In this document: positions 21,132 through 30,920 of the stretch, piece by piece | Layout: every line of letters begins with the position of its first letter | How positions within the stretch are numbered: position 1 is the stretch's first letter | Source of the DNA: Methanobacteriota archaeon | GTDB lineage: Archaea > Halobacteriota > Methanosarcinia > Methanotrichales > Methanotrichaceae | Direction of reading: 5' to 3' | Length of the DNA: 64,000 nt | Assembly: GCA_029553285.1 (NCBI GenBank) | Contig: JAKPCO010000106.1 | Location: 1,921-65,920, forward strand | Made by a program: the position numbers and the translations under genes | The notes under the pieces: model-generated | Databases searched by the model: none | Seen by the model: the letters and a program-made list of their open reading frames with translations, nothing else | What the model was told of the DNA's origin: nothing

Positions 21132-21722
21132 TCATCTGCTTCGGGCGGTGTTGTCGCACATCCAGTTTATTATCACTATGCAGTGGTCTGCGTGCAGGCT
21201 CAGCGGGCCTATGCTCACAATCTCAGCTCCCATTGATTCCAGCAGATGCTCCTCCTCTTCCCTCATGCCTGTGTGATCCCCGAGTATGAATGCACCCTCT
21301 GAAATGGTTCCGCTGAGCGGAGCGCCATCCTCTCTCAGGTAGTACAGCCTCTGCCCCTCCTCCCTCAGAGACTCGATCAGCGATCTGAGATCACCTTTCC
21401 TGATGTAAATGCCGGGCGTGGATTCCCTCCAGGAAGGACTGGCATCGAGGGAGAGGGCTTTCTTCATCAGCGCAGCCGTGCTCCTCTCGTCCGGGTTCAG
21501 ATGGCGGAGCCTGCTTCCATCAAAACGAATTATCTTGGTTTCGGGTCCCCCCATGAGTATAAGATGACACCGGACATCTCTTCTTATTCCATGTGAGAGC
21601 ATGAATGCCGAGTTAACGCATCTGCAAAGCACATCGATTCTCCCTGATGTTCCTGGCAGATCCTCTAGAGAGAAATCCGGCGTGGTCTTCGCGATATGAC
21701 CCACAACAACAAAGTCGCGCAT
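21132..21722 (-). CDS. trmY: tRNA (pseudouridine54-N1)-methyltransferase TrmY (SPOUT, DUF358)
   Basis: [30 protein letters not shown] closely matches the remembered Mj1640/TrmY motif. 196 aa. Confidence 0.75.
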   Translation of the reverse strand: MRDFVVVGHIAKTTPDFSLEDLPGTSGRIDVLCRCVNSAFMLSHGIRRDVRCHLILMGGPETKIIRFDGSRLRHLNPDERSTAALMKKALSLDASPSWRESTPGIYIRKGDLRSLIESLREEGQRLYYLREDGAPLSGTISEGAFILGDHTGMREEEEHLLESMGAEIVSIGPLSLHADHCIVIINWMCDNTARSR

Positions 21723-21823
21723 GATCGCATCATCGCATCAGTAGTATTCAAACTATGCAGTATCTCAGATCGATGGGGTTCGGATGAACATCCGGTTAGG
21801 GAGAGAGCTTCGGAGAACACAGA

Positions 21824-22070
21824 CGCTCACATCCAATAACTTGCCCGAGGTGGCATCAGTCATGGGCAGTGTATCTAACTCGCTGTAAAATCAAAACTGA
21901 TCGGCATGCTTCGCGCCAGCATGAGGTCAATTTACAGCAATTTCGGTACGCCACCTCAGTCATGCCATGCGAGCGTTTCGACTTAACTTCGACGTCGTCA
22001 AAGGCATTGCGAGCGAATGAGTCCATTCAGCAACCGGCCTGTATCGCAAGTTGCTGAACACATAAGAGCG
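21824..22070 (-). mobile_element. MITE-like element family A, copy 7 (long variant carrying a nested family-C element)
   Basis: Reverse orientation: CGCTCACATCCAATAACTTGCCC ... GCAAGTTGCTGAACACATAAGAGCG. Interrupted at 21865-21955. Confidence 0.75.
21865..21955 (+). mobile_element. Short element family C, copy 1 (91 bp, nested)
   Basis: Flanked by perfect 9-bp direct repeat TCAGTCATG (21856-21864 and 21956-21964). About seven in ten positions match (by eye) the reverse complement of ~61283-61378. Confidence 0.6.
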
Positions 22071-22162
22071 ACATAAGATGCATATTCCGGCACACATATG
22101 ATGCATCAGGACAATAGTGATCATCGTAAGCAATAAATCGATGCCATGATAGAGTCGCGGAT

Positions 22163-22762
22163 ATGAGGCTGCTCCAGCCCGCTGCAATTCTTGTGCTTGT
22201 GATCCTGATGGGCTGTGTCACGTCCTCACCGGATGAGTTCTGTGGACGGGTCACCAAGGTGGTGGACGGAGACACGTTTGATGTTGATGGCCTTGGCAGG
22301 GTGCGGCTTGCAGATGTCGATTGCCCGGAGGTGGACACGGAGGCTGGAAGGGCAGCCGCGAACTACACGATCTCCTGGCTCTTCGGGCGCACCGTCTGGC
22401 TGGACATAGACGACCTGCGCGGCAGGGACGATTACGGTAGATGGGTCTGTGTTGTCTATCTGGATGAAAATGGTGCACCGAATCGGGGGATGAACTTTAA
22501 CAGAATGATCGTTGACAGCGGCCACGCTGTTGTGAAGGACTTCAAAGACAACGAGTTCGATCCAGCCGAGTGGTGGAACCTCAGCTCGCTCCAGCCTGGC
22601 GGAGGGTGCGCATACGTCGGCTCGGTGAAGTCAAACAAATACCACTACCCTGACTGCGAGTGGGCGCAGAAGATCTCCCCTGATAACCTCGTGTGCTTCT
22701 CCAGCCCATCTGAGGCGCGCTCTAAGGGATACATGCCGTGCCGCGTCTGCAAACCTCCGTGA
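22163..22762 (+). CDS. Secreted staphylococcal-nuclease-like thermonuclease with C-terminal Ada-type zinc domain
   Basis: Signal/lipobox-like N-terminus (LVILMGCVTS). SNase motifs VVDGDTFDV and VRLADVDCPE. C-terminal YHYPDCEWAQKI...PCRVCKP Cys cluster. Confidence 0.75.
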   Translation: MRLLQPAAILVLVILMGCVTSSPDEFCGRVTKVVDGDTFDVDGLGRVRLADVDCPEVDTEAGRAAANYTISWLFGRTVWLDIDDLRGRDDYGRWVCVVYLDENGAPNRGMNFNRMIVDSGHAVVKDFKDNEFDPAEWWNLSSLQPGGGCAYVGSVKSNKYHYPDCEWAQKISPDNLVCFSSPSEARSKGYMPCRVCKPP

Positions 22763-22904
22763 TACGGAGCATGGCCATCGCGCAGAGTCCTGACCCACAT
22801 ACCCGCACGATGTGATTTTATATTTATTAATAGCATTTGTTGTTATTATTAACCAAAAGATTCATATCAAAGCAGTTGCGACTGTACAGAGGGGGTGAGA
22901 ACGC

Positions 22905-23087
22905 ATGAGTGGTGCGACCAGGCCCAAGAGAGTTATCGTCTCTGATGACGCGGTACCTTTTGTTGCGAGAGGCGGGCGCGTATTCTCCAAGCTGGTGCTC
23001 AGGGCAGATCCGGACGTGAGCCCTGGAGATGAGGTGCTGGTGCTGGACAGGAACGGCAGGTTAATAACAGCAGCAAAAGCATATTAG
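22905..23087 (+). CDS. Small PUA-domain-like protein (possibly truncated)
   Basis: 60 aa: VIVSDDAVPFVARGGRVFSKLVLRADPDVSPGDEVLVLDRNGRLI resembles a PUA domain but ends early. RBS GGGGGTGA lies upstream. Confidence 0.4.
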   Translation: MSGATRPKRVIVSDDAVPFVARGGRVFSKLVLRADPDVSPGDEVLVLDRNGRLITAAKAY

Positions 23088-23202
23088 AAATCGATATACC
23101 AGAACAGCGGCGCCGATGGCGTCCTGGCTGTTCTCATCTCATTTTAGCCTGATACAGCCAGCGCAACCGGAATTCATGTGCGCTAAAAAATATTGCCCTG
23201 AG

Positions 23203-23628
23203 TCAGGGCTTGCTGTCGATGATGCTGCCGGAGCTGTCCCTCAGCGTGGCTCTGTCACCGTCGTTGTTCCAGACTGGGACACTCCTCCCCCAGTAGAGGT
23301 CCTCCTGGGTATCATTGCCCGAGCCTGTGTGCACCTTCACCCTGGCACCGGATCGGAGGATGAATCCATCGGGAAACACATACGTGTGCTCCTGCGCATC
23401 GGATATGCTCCAGCCGGTGATATCCACATCGGCCTTTCCGGTGTTCTCGATCTCCACCCATTCCTCATTGAGGTTCGCCCTCTCCGGGCTCGGTGCCACG
23501 AAGCTGACGTTTGAGATCATCACAGGGCTTTTCTCAGAGCTCGATACATTTCCATCCCCGTGTACAGGGGATGCCATGAGGACCAGCAGGATAGCCAGTC
23601 CCAAGCACATTTTTGTGATCCACACCAT
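23203..23628 (-). CDS. Secreted lamin-tail-domain (LTD) protein
   Basis: Signal peptide followed by an LTD signature (NLNEEWVEIENTG, DITGWSISD, WNNDGDRATLRD). Confidence 0.75.
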   Translation of the reverse strand: MVWITKMCLGLAILLVLMASPVHGDGNVSSSEKSPVMISNVSFVAPSPERANLNEEWVEIENTGKADVDITGWSISDAQEHTYVFPDGFILRSGARVKVHTGSGNDTQEDLYWGRSVPVWNNDGDRATLRDSSGSIIDSKP

Positions 23629-23847
23629 ACTTCCCCACCTCTCCTTGAGAGGCTACTACTACGAATAGCTGCAAAGATTTAAGCTTTTCCAAGTAATTTT
23701 CGATTTGTGAGATTATAATCACGTTTATACCATCTTATTGAGAGTATTTTTGATATAAACTTCACAATAATTAGAAGAATTTAATTGAAATGCGCCGAGC
23801 GCAACAGAGAAATCTCATGATAATACCTGACCTGATGAGGTGTCATT

Positions 23848-24546
23848 ATGGATTATGCTGAGATGTCAGATATTCTGAAGAGCACGCTCGGCCTCGAGAG
23901 TGAGCCTGTTGGTGTGGTTCTCTTCAAGAGCGAGGAGGATATCCCGAAGGATCTGAAGGAGATTGAGAAACCCATGCCGTACTGCGGGATGGTCCAGCGT
24001 GCCAGGAGGGGAGAGGTGCTGTTCGCCCGTCTGGACAAGCACGACTGCAAGGGAGGAGCTTCCGGAATAGGACTGGTGGAGTGCCCCGAGAACATATCCA
24101 CAGGAAAGCTGTACTTTTCAAAACTGAACAAGAGCGCCACACAGACTGTGGGGCAGAGGATCGCCTCGAGCATGCCCAGGCTGCCAGCAGGCAGCACAGC
24201 TGCGACTCTCGTCGCGCCGCTCGCAAAGTTGAACATGGATCCTGACGTGGTCATCTTCGTTGGGAATGCCCTGCAGGCCCGCCGCATAGTGCAGGCTGTC
24301 ATGTACAGGCGCGGTGGGCGCATGAATTTTGATACAGCTGGCATCCAGTCATTCTGCGTAGATGCCACAGCATCTCCGATCCTCAAGGGCGATGTCAACG
24401 TATCGCTCGGATGTGATGGTTCTGCCAAGAAGTCAGCTTTGAGCGAGAACGATGTAGTTGTCGGAATCCCATTCGAGATGCTCGAGGACATATGCAGGGT
24501 CCTGAAGGAGAGGCACGAGGGCTGGGACAAGTTCATGCGCTCCTGA
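23848..24546 (+). CDS. DUF169-like protein
   Basis: 232 aa. LGLESEPVGVVLFKSEEDIP...PYCGMVQRARRGE...CKGGASGIGL pattern remembered for DUF169. Confidence 0.55.
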   Translation: MDYAEMSDILKSTLGLESEPVGVVLFKSEEDIPKDLKEIEKPMPYCGMVQRARRGEVLFARLDKHDCKGGASGIGLVECPENISTGKLYFSKLNKSATQTVGQRIASSMPRLPAGSTAATLVAPLAKLNMDPDVVIFVGNALQARRIVQAVMYRRGGRMNFDTAGIQSFCVDATASPILKGDVNVSLGCDGSAKKSALSENDVVVGIPFEMLEDICRVLKERHEGWDKFMRS

Positions 24547-25204
24547 CCACCCTCCATTTTATGAGAAGACCATCATCAATGCGCTCCGTGGATACCAGCT
24601 CAAGTCTCTGGAATTTCTCCGCGAAACCCCTGCCGTCCACAAGCGTCGGGGCATCGCGACCGCCGATCACCATCGGCCCCACAAACACACATATCTCGTC
24701 GACGAGCCCCTGCTCTATGAGCGACCAGTTCAGGATGCCCCCGCCCTCTACCATCAGCCTCCTCACGCCTCTTTGATACAACATCTCAAGAAGCTCTCTG
24801 AGATCTACGCGGTCCTCCCCGATGACTGCAATCTCACATCTCTTCGAGAGCGTGTTGATTCTCTCAGCAGGAGCGGATCTCGATACGGCGATTACACACC
24901 CGGGCCCGAGAACCTCGGCGTCTATGGGCGTTCTGGCCATGCTGTCAGCCACGATCCTTAGAGGGTTCTCTGGCATACCTCTTTCAAGCCGCCATGATCG
25001 CAGCGAATCAGACTTCACTCTGAGCTTCGGGTCGTCTGAGATGATTGTTCCCACCCCAACCATCACCGCATCGCTCTCCGCCCTGAGCCTGTCCACCCTG
25101 AGGAGGTCCTCAGATCCGGAGATGCGCACCTGTCTCCTCAGAGAAGAGCTTATCTTCCCGTCGGCGCTCATCGCGCTGTTGATGAAAACATAGGGTCTCA
25201 TCAT
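24533..25204 (-). CDS. RibD C-terminal-domain reductase (2,5-diamino-6-ribosylamino-4(3H)-pyrimidinone 5'-phosphate reductase type)
   Basis: Start at MMRPYVFINSAMSADGKIS (25204/25201). The longer ORF to 25612 is a low-complexity extension. Motifs DAVMVGVGTIISDDPKL and LMVEGGGILNWSL. Confidence 0.8.
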   Translation of the reverse strand: MMRPYVFINSAMSADGKISSSLRRQVRISGSEDLLRVDRLRAESDAVMVGVGTIISDDPKLRVKSDSLRSWRLERGMPENPLRIVADSMARTPIDAEVLGPGCVIAVSRSAPAERINTLSKRCEIAVIGEDRVDLRELLEMLYQRGVRRLMVEGGGILNWSLIEQGLVDEICVFVGPMVIGGRDAPTLVDGRGFAEKFQRLELVSTERIDDGLLIKWRVVRSA

Positions 25205-26345
25205 GCATAGACTCGAGGAGGATGTTAATAAGCTGGAGGCTCCCATTTCCTGCGACCCCTCCGGCCCGAAGGGAACTCTGGCCATGGGACACGAACTCCC
25301 GGATGAGCTGATACTCTCCGGAACGGTGATCGCGGGCGAGGATATGGTTGTTCTCGATGGGTATGTCGTCATAGAGAACGGCATCATAAAAGAGGTCTGC
25401 GAGGGGAGGGAAAGGGGGCACTTCGAGGGCATCATATGCCCTGCTTTTGTCAACGCGCATACGCACGTAGCGGATTCCATCGCGAAGGATCCGCCGTTCA
25501 TGAGCCTTGCGGATCTGGTTGGTCCATCGGGTCTGAAGCACAGGATTCTTGAGAGCGCATCTGATGAGCGCCTCGTCGAATCGATGCGTCTCTCCATTTC
25601 AGAGATGCTCAATACCGGAACCTGTGCCTTCGGCGATTTCAGGGAGGGCGGCCCTCACGGGGTGGATCTCCTCATCAGAGCTCTGGAGGGTCTGGAAATT
25701 CGGAGCAGGATCTTCGGCAGGCCCCTGAAAGACCCTGAGGATATACATCCAGCATGCTGGGGTGTCGGGCTGAGCAGCACCAGGGATTACGACAGGGGCT
25801 TTGTGGAGGAGGTTGTGAGGATCGCAAGAAGAGAGGGAAAGCGCGTCGCGATACACGCTGGAGAGGCCGGCAGGGATGATATAGAGGGCGCGCTGGCCAT
25901 CGAGCCTGACATTCTGATACATCTCTCCAGAGCAGATCTCTCTGATCTCAGGAGCGTTGCTGAGTCAGGCGCCTCTGTGGTCGTGTGCCCCAGATCGAAC
26001 CTCTTCACCCGCGCCGGTCTTCCTGATATCAAAGCGATGCTCTCCTTGGAGATCAATGTCTGTGTGGGCACGGACAACCTGATGATCAATTCGACCAGCA
26101 TCTTCAGGGATATGGAGCTCATATCAAAAGCGCTTGTGAGAGACGACAGACAGGTTTTTATGATGTGCACGATAAATGGAGCAAGAGCACTGGGTATGGA
26201 TGAGAGGCTCGGCTCCATCGATCCAGGGAAAGAGGCGCGGGTGATCGTGTTCGACAGGAGATCCCGCAATCTGAAGGGGTCGCTGAACCCACTGGCGAGC
26301 ATCGTGAGAAGGGCTGAGCCCTCTGACATAATGCTGAGGATCTGA
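25203..26345 (+). CDS. Amidohydrolase-superfamily protein (chlorohydrolase/deaminase type)
   Basis: Metal-binding FVNAHTHV motif and later HAGE and GTDN motifs. The start at 25203 would overlap the divergent ribD-like start, so ATG 25284 is a plausible alternative. Confidence 0.75.
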   Translation: MHRLEEDVNKLEAPISCDPSGPKGTLAMGHELPDELILSGTVIAGEDMVVLDGYVVIENGIIKEVCEGRERGHFEGIICPAFVNAHTHVADSIAKDPPFMSLADLVGPSGLKHRILESASDERLVESMRLSISEMLNTGTCAFGDFREGGPHGVDLLIRALEGLEIRSRIFGRPLKDPEDIHPACWGVGLSSTRDYDRGFVEEVVRIARREGKRVAIHAGEAGRDDIEGALAIEPDILIHLSRADLSDLRSVAESGASVVVCPRSNLFTRAGLPDIKAMLSLEINVCVGTDNLMINSTSIFRDMELISKALVRDDRQVFMMCTINGARALGMDERLGSIDPGKEARVIVFDRRSRNLKGSLNPLASIVRRAEPSDIMLRI

Positions 26346-26349
26346 AAAC

Positions 26350-26793
26350 ATGATCGAGAAGATTATGATAGCAACGGATGGCTCTGAGACGAGCGAGAGG
26401 GCCGCGAGGTTCGGCGTGGAGCTCGCCCGGAATCTCGGGGCCAGGGTCATAGCGGTCTATGTGGCAGACACGGGCAGGCTCAGCCACCTTCCGGATGAGA
26501 TGATCCTGGTTGGCATAAGGGATATGCTCCTCAAGGAGGGGGAGGATGCCACATCATACGTGGAGTCGATTGCATCGAATGCGGGCGTGACGTGCGAGAA
26601 GAGGGTTGTCGAGGGGAAGCCGACTGATGAGATCCTGAAGCTATCACGTGATCTAAACGTGGATCTCCTCGTCATGGGGAGCGTTGGGAGGAGCGGCCTC
26701 GACAGGTTCCTTCTCGGGAGTGTTGCGGAGAAGGTGGTTCAGCACTCCAAAGTTCCAGTTTTAACAGTGCCCGGCGAGCGAAAGGAGGGTTGA
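26350..26793 (+). CDS. Universal stress protein (UspA family)
   Basis: 147 aa. KIMIATDGSETSERA ... DLLVMGSVGRSGLDRFLLGSVAEKVVQHSKVPVLTV. Confidence 0.9.
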   Translation: MIEKIMIATDGSETSERAARFGVELARNLGARVIAVYVADTGRLSHLPDEMILVGIRDMLLKEGEDATSYVESIASNAGVTCEKRVVEGKPTDEILKLSRDLNVDLLVMGSVGRSGLDRFLLGSVAEKVVQHSKVPVLTVPGERKEG

Positions 26794-26796
26794 TCT

Positions 26797-27648
26797 TTGG
26801 ATATCCTGGTCAGAGATGCGATGGTCAGTGATGTCGCTTACGTGAGCCTGCCCGGCACCAGGGATAAGGTGCTGAAGGTCCTGAATGAGCGGCATGTCTC
26901 TGGCGTTCCTGTCGTCAAGAACTCCACTGTAGTCGGCATGGTCACCAGGACAGATCTCCTCCGGAACCCGGAGGAGGACCAGATCGCCATGCTCATGACC
27001 AGGAACCCCTATGTCGTGCATCCTGAAGATCGTCTGGTCGATGCTGCGAAGCTCTTCGTTGAGAAGCGTGTGAGACGTCTGCCTGTGGTCGAAGACGGGA
27101 GGCTCGTGGGGATCATCAGCGTTGCGGATATCGTGAGGGTGATCGCGACCCTCAACATCGATGAGACCATAGATAAGTACTTCGAGAGGAACGTCGTCGC
27201 TGTCTGGTCGGAGATGCCGCTGCCGGTGGTGGGCGCGATCATGGAGTATGCAGGAGTCCAGGCGTGCCCTGTGATCGACACAGATCTGCAGCTTGTCGGC
27301 ATAGTCACAGACAGGGATCTAATAGCAAAGAGCGTCGTCGAGGAGTCCCTGGAGAAGGCGGATGCAGACACCGCTCCCGAGATGGACGAGTGGAGCTGGG
27401 AGAGCCAGAAGGAGGCGATCTCCAGGTACTACCAGGTCTCGAAGATCAGGCTGAAGGATGTGAAGGTCCGGGAGGCCATGGTCCCACCCATAATTGCGCT
27501 GAGATCCAGCAGGGTCAGCGAGTGCGCAAGGATAATGTCACAGAAAAGGATCGACCAGATGCCTGTAGTAAACGCTCACAGGAAGCTCATCGGCATGCTG
27601 AATGACCACAACCTCCTGCTTCCTTTCATCTCAGCATACGGAAGGTAA
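26797..27648 (+). CDS. CBS-domain protein (four CBS motifs)
   Basis: Repeated hhPVV-x-GxhVGhhT/S-DLh units. TTG start 3 nt after the usp stop. Confidence 0.85.
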   Translation: MDILVRDAMVSDVAYVSLPGTRDKVLKVLNERHVSGVPVVKNSTVVGMVTRTDLLRNPEEDQIAMLMTRNPYVVHPEDRLVDAAKLFVEKRVRRLPVVEDGRLVGIISVADIVRVIATLNIDETIDKYFERNVVAVWSEMPLPVVGAIMEYAGVQACPVIDTDLQLVGIVTDRDLIAKSVVEESLEKADADTAPEMDEWSWESQKEAISRYYQVSKIRLKDVKVREAMVPPIIALRSSRVSECARIMSQKRIDQMPVVNAHRKLIGMLNDHNLLLPFISAYGR

Positions 27649-27731
27649 TGCTCGATGCGAATCGGCGCCTTACCCTCAGCGAGCCGCTGCTCTGCTTTCA
27701 TCTCAGCATACGGGAGGTAACGCTCGATGCG
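27616..27731. repeat. Imperfect direct duplication (two ~44-bp units, ~71-bp period) spanning the CBS gene stop
   Basis: ctgcttcctttcatctcagcatacggaaggtaatgctcgatgcg versus ctgctctgctttcatctcagcatacgggaggtaacgctcgatgcg. Each unit can fold as a hairpin (CATC..AGCAT/ATGCT.GATG). Confidence 0.7.
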
Positions 27732-27782
27732 TTTGGTGCGGGAGAGCACAGCCACATAGTCTTGACAGTCATATCTGGCGCT

Positions 27783-28856
27783 TTATGCCATCCCCAGCTC
27801 TGAGAGCCTCTCCGGAAGATACCTCTTTGTGACGAAGTCCAGACCCTTGCCTGCGAAGGCCTGCTGCTCTGCCTTCTTCTTCAGGTCTATCTGGAGCTGT
27901 ATCTGCTTCTGCCAGTAATCGCTGCCAAATCTCGGATCTGTGAGCTCTGCCCGCAGTGCATGGAGATCCCTGTCTGTGAGCCTGTCTGTGGAGAGGTTGT
28001 ACTCAACGATGTCTGTGGGCTGTACACCCAGGAATTTCGCATCCGGTGTGGCTAAATGCTCGGAGAGATGCGCGCTCTTTATCGCGCCGTACGCGACGCT
28101 CGCGTATATCCTGTAGCTCCACGGATCCCCATCTGTGAAAACCGCTACGGGCAGACCAAGCTCTGTGTTGAGTCTTTTTATGAAGCGCCTGGTGGACCGC
28201 GCCGGCTGGCCCTTGAGGTGCACCAGAATTGCATCAAACTCCTCGTCGAATCCGTTCTCTATCAGTCTGGCATACATTCCGCCTGTTTCAACTGCTATGA
28301 CCATTCTCGCATCATGCTCCAGGAACTCGACGAAATCGACGTTGAAGGGTATCTGATAGCCTGCCTCCCCGATATCCTCCTGGCAGTGTATCTCGCGCTC
28401 GCCGCGGCGCGTCCTCTCCCTGATCCGGAGGGGGCCGAAGACAGCGGCGCCATCCTCCTCAGGTCTGACATGAAAATCCTCCCGCTGAAGGCCTGTGATT
28501 ATCTCCAGATCCTCGATGAGACGGTCGCTCTCGGCCTGCTCCGCGAACTTGGCGAGATCCCAGTTCTCGGAGATGTAGTATATCTCCCTGAGCGTTGAAG
28601 CCCGGTTTCCTCTGAGATGCTCTTTTACCAGGAGATCTATCAGATGGACGGTCTTGAGCAGTGTCTTCGCACCGCGTATCGTCTTGACGCTTCTCACACT
28701 CTCCTGATCGCCATATACCCACACATCATCTTCTGTGCTGTATTCGATGTTCTTCTTGGTCCTCGTCGGAAGCACAAGATGGGGTACGGTACCATCCCTG
28801 AACTGATCGTAGAGTGACCTTGCTATCCCGAGAAGCCTGCTCTCTGGATCATGCAT
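27783..28856 (-). CDS. top6A: DNA topoisomerase VI subunit A (Spo11-like)
   Basis: 357 aa. Conserved TLREIYY (catalytic Tyr region) and Toprim segment [10 protein letters not shown] ... [15 protein letters not shown]. Confidence 0.95.
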   Translation of the reverse strand: MHDPESRLLGIARSLYDQFRDGTVPHLVLPTRTKKNIEYSTEDDVWVYGDQESVRSVKTIRGAKTLLKTVHLIDLLVKEHLRGNRASTLREIYYISENWDLAKFAEQAESDRLIEDLEIITGLQREDFHVRPEEDGAAVFGPLRIRERTRRGEREIHCQEDIGEAGYQIPFNVDFVEFLEHDARMVIAVETGGMYARLIENGFDEEFDAILVHLKGQPARSTRRFIKRLNTELGLPVAVFTDGDPWSYRIYASVAYGAIKSAHLSEHLATPDAKFLGVQPTDIVEYNLSTDRLTDRDLHALRAELTDPRFGSDYWQKQIQLQIDLKKKAEQQAFAGKGLDFVTKRYLPERLSELGMA

Positions 28857-30690
28857 CCGAAAGCACCCTCGCGCCTGTCACAATCTCGGGCTCCAGCCCC
28901 TCGACAACGGCCTCCGGCATTCTCTGCAGGTGGTTTTTTATCATATACCTGACGGCCATCCTCTCACCTGCCCGGATTGCTATCCTCCACTGGTAGTCAT
29001 AGCGGTCGCCCATATCAACCCTTCTTGCTGGCGGATCAAGATCCTCCGCCTCCACAGGGAGTATCTCGTGCAGCTTGAAGCTTCTCTGCGAGGATGTGTT
29101 GTTCTCTATCTCTATGCACACCCTCAAACGCCCGTCTTCCTGCTCGATCTCCCTCCTCACCAGAACATTGCCCATGATCCTGGCAACGACCCTGCTTATG
29201 TCAGGCCTCTCGAGCCCGAGCATATCCGCGAGCTTGTCCGCCATTCTAGGGAGTATCCTGCCTATGATCTCCTCCTTCTCCCTCCGCTCAGAGAGCGTTT
29301 CCTGGATTGCGAGAAATCTCCTCAGCTTTCTGCCGATCTCCTTCAACGCGAGATCGATCTCGGTGAGCATCTCAGGGATGTCCGCTATTGCGTCCTTTGA
29401 CTCGGATGTGAATGGTATGTTGGTTGATGCCACATGCACCAGGATCACGGCAGGCCCGACCGGCAATCCCCCGCCAGGCTGGTCCAGGCCGTAGCCCTTC
29501 CAGGATACCCCCTCTATCGCATGGGTTATGGCGCAGGCTCCCTGCTGGTATATGAGAGGCACGCGGTTCGCGAACCGCAGGATCTCCACCCTGCCGTTTC
29601 GATCGAGCTCGCCGCCGAAGCCCATCCCTGCCTCGACCACAAAGGGATTGCCGGAGTAGACTGAGACTGGTCTTGAGACGGTCGCGATGAAGTCCACACG
29701 GTACTCCTTTGCCAGGCCGGATCTTATCAGATCCTCTCCTATCGGCGAGAGACAGTCGACCGGAGGGGACTTTAGCTTTATGCGTCTGAGCGCCTCAAAG
29801 AGTCGCTTGGACTGATCGTAGTCGAGGCTTCTTGGATCCATCGATGGGTCCAGGCCCGAATTCTGAATGATCTCCTGAGCAGCGATGTTGCCGATGGATG
29901 AGAACGATTCCTTCAGGAAGCTGGAGAGCTTTCTCCTCTCAGTGTATCTCAGCATCTTCGTGAGCTCGCCCAGCTCTATACCTGAGGGGTGGGGCTTTAT
30001 CTCATATGCTCTTTTTGGGAGAAGCTCTGTGGCCCTCTCGAACTTTTCTGTGGATCCGTCGGGCTCCACGAAGGTTATCCTGGCATGCGGATTCACTATC
30101 GCGACATTCTTCAGGTAGCTGTAAACCGACTGCCTCCTGCCACGGACGTACGATCCCTCGATATCAAGCTCCACCCGCGTGCCTCTCGGCCGCTCCCAGT
30201 CGATATCCTCCTCCCTGATGATCTCCGGCTCGTTCTTCGCTGTGTTTATCATGACCTCCACGTATCTCGCTGGCCTCTCAGGAGATGTCCTTGATGTGAT
30301 CCTCGCCGGCTTCCCTGTGGTCAGCTGTGAGTAGAGGACGGCTGCAGATATGCCTATGCCCTGCTGCCCCCTGCTCTGCCGGAGAACGTGAAACCTTGAG
30401 CCGTAGAGCAGCTTTGCGAAGACCTTTGGGATCTCAGATGGCACGATGCCAGGACCGTTGTCCTCGACTATGACACGGTAAAGCTCACCTGCACGCCTGA
30501 TCTGCACAAAAATATCGGGAAGTATGCCGGCATCCTCACATGCGTCAAGGGAGTTGTCGACAGCCTCCTTGACGCATGTGATGAGGGCGCGAGGGGCTGA
30601 GTCGAATCCAAGAATCTGGCGGTTCTTTTCAAAGAACTCCGCAACAGATATCGATCTCTGCTGCTTTGCCAGCTCCTCGGCTGTGTCCAT
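28849..30690 (-). CDS. top6B: DNA topoisomerase VI subunit B (GHKL ATPase)
   Basis: 613 aa. Bergerat-fold motifs ([29 protein letters not shown]). 8-nt overlap with top6A. Confidence 0.95.
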   Translation of the reverse strand: MDTAEELAKQQRSISVAEFFEKNRQILGFDSAPRALITCVKEAVDNSLDACEDAGILPDIFVQIRRAGELYRVIVEDNGPGIVPSEIPKVFAKLLYGSRFHVLRQSRGQQGIGISAAVLYSQLTTGKPARITSRTSPERPARYVEVMINTAKNEPEIIREEDIDWERPRGTRVELDIEGSYVRGRRQSVYSYLKNVAIVNPHARITFVEPDGSTEKFERATELLPKRAYEIKPHPSGIELGELTKMLRYTERRKLSSFLKESFSSIGNIAAQEIIQNSGLDPSMDPRSLDYDQSKRLFEALRRIKLKSPPVDCLSPIGEDLIRSGLAKEYRVDFIATVSRPVSVYSGNPFVVEAGMGFGGELDRNGRVEILRFANRVPLIYQQGACAITHAIEGVSWKGYGLDQPGGGLPVGPAVILVHVASTNIPFTSESKDAIADIPEMLTEIDLALKEIGRKLRRFLAIQETLSERREKEEIIGRILPRMADKLADMLGLERPDISRVVARIMGNVLVRREIEQEDGRLRVCIEIENNTSSQRSFKLHEILPVEAEDLDPPARRVDMGDRYDYQWRIAIRAGERMAVRYMIKNHLQRMPEAVVEGLEPEIVTGARVLSDA

Positions 30691-30920
30691 TAAAGCTCTG
30701 CCCCAACCACGGTCTGTGTTGCTGTTACGTTCTCGATCTCACGAATCGTATCGACCAGACGGTTAAGCATGCTCAGACCATCGACCTCTATTATCACAAC
30801 GAAGTCGAACTCTCCGAAGACGTGATAAACGTTCTTTATGCCATTAATCTGTCGAAGCGCGCTGTAAACCGGCTTCTCCTGTCCAGGCACTACCTTGACC
30901 ATTGTTACTCCAATCACCAT
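30690..30920 (-). CDS. Stand-alone Lrp/AsnC-type ligand-binding (RAM) domain protein
   Basis: 76 aa. [38 protein letters not shown] pattern. The stop overlaps the top6B start by 1 nt. Confidence 0.7.
   Translation of the reverse strand: MVIGVTMVKVVPGQEKPVYSALRQINGIKNVYHVFGEFDFVVIIEVDGLSMLNRLVDTIREIENVTATQTVVGAEL

Noticed and set aside
23815-23847. CUGAUGAG-like string (cctgacctgatgaggtg) upstream of the DUF169 gene, resembling a hammerhead core or C/D-box motifs.
   Set aside because: The remaining conserved elements are absent: no GAAA core plus three helices, and no properly spaced C, D', C' and D boxes. It is most likely a chance match overlapping the RBS region.
25199-25205. Apparent 2-nt overlap of divergent start codons (minus-strand ATG at 25204, plus-strand ATG at 25203) as a possible bidirectional leaderless arrangement.
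   Set aside because: Overlapping divergent coding starts would leave no promoter space. It is more likely that the plus-strand amidohydrolase starts at the in-frame ATG 25284. This is not a regulatory feature I can support.
24533-25612. Full 359-aa version of the RibD-C-type reductase ORF, and likewise the 2544 start of the DUF128-like gene.
   Set aside because: The N-terminal extensions are S/R/P-rich low-complexity sequence antisense to the amidohydrolase gene (or, for 2544, overlapping the upstream gene's end). The conserved domains begin at internal ATGs (25204/25201 and 2781).
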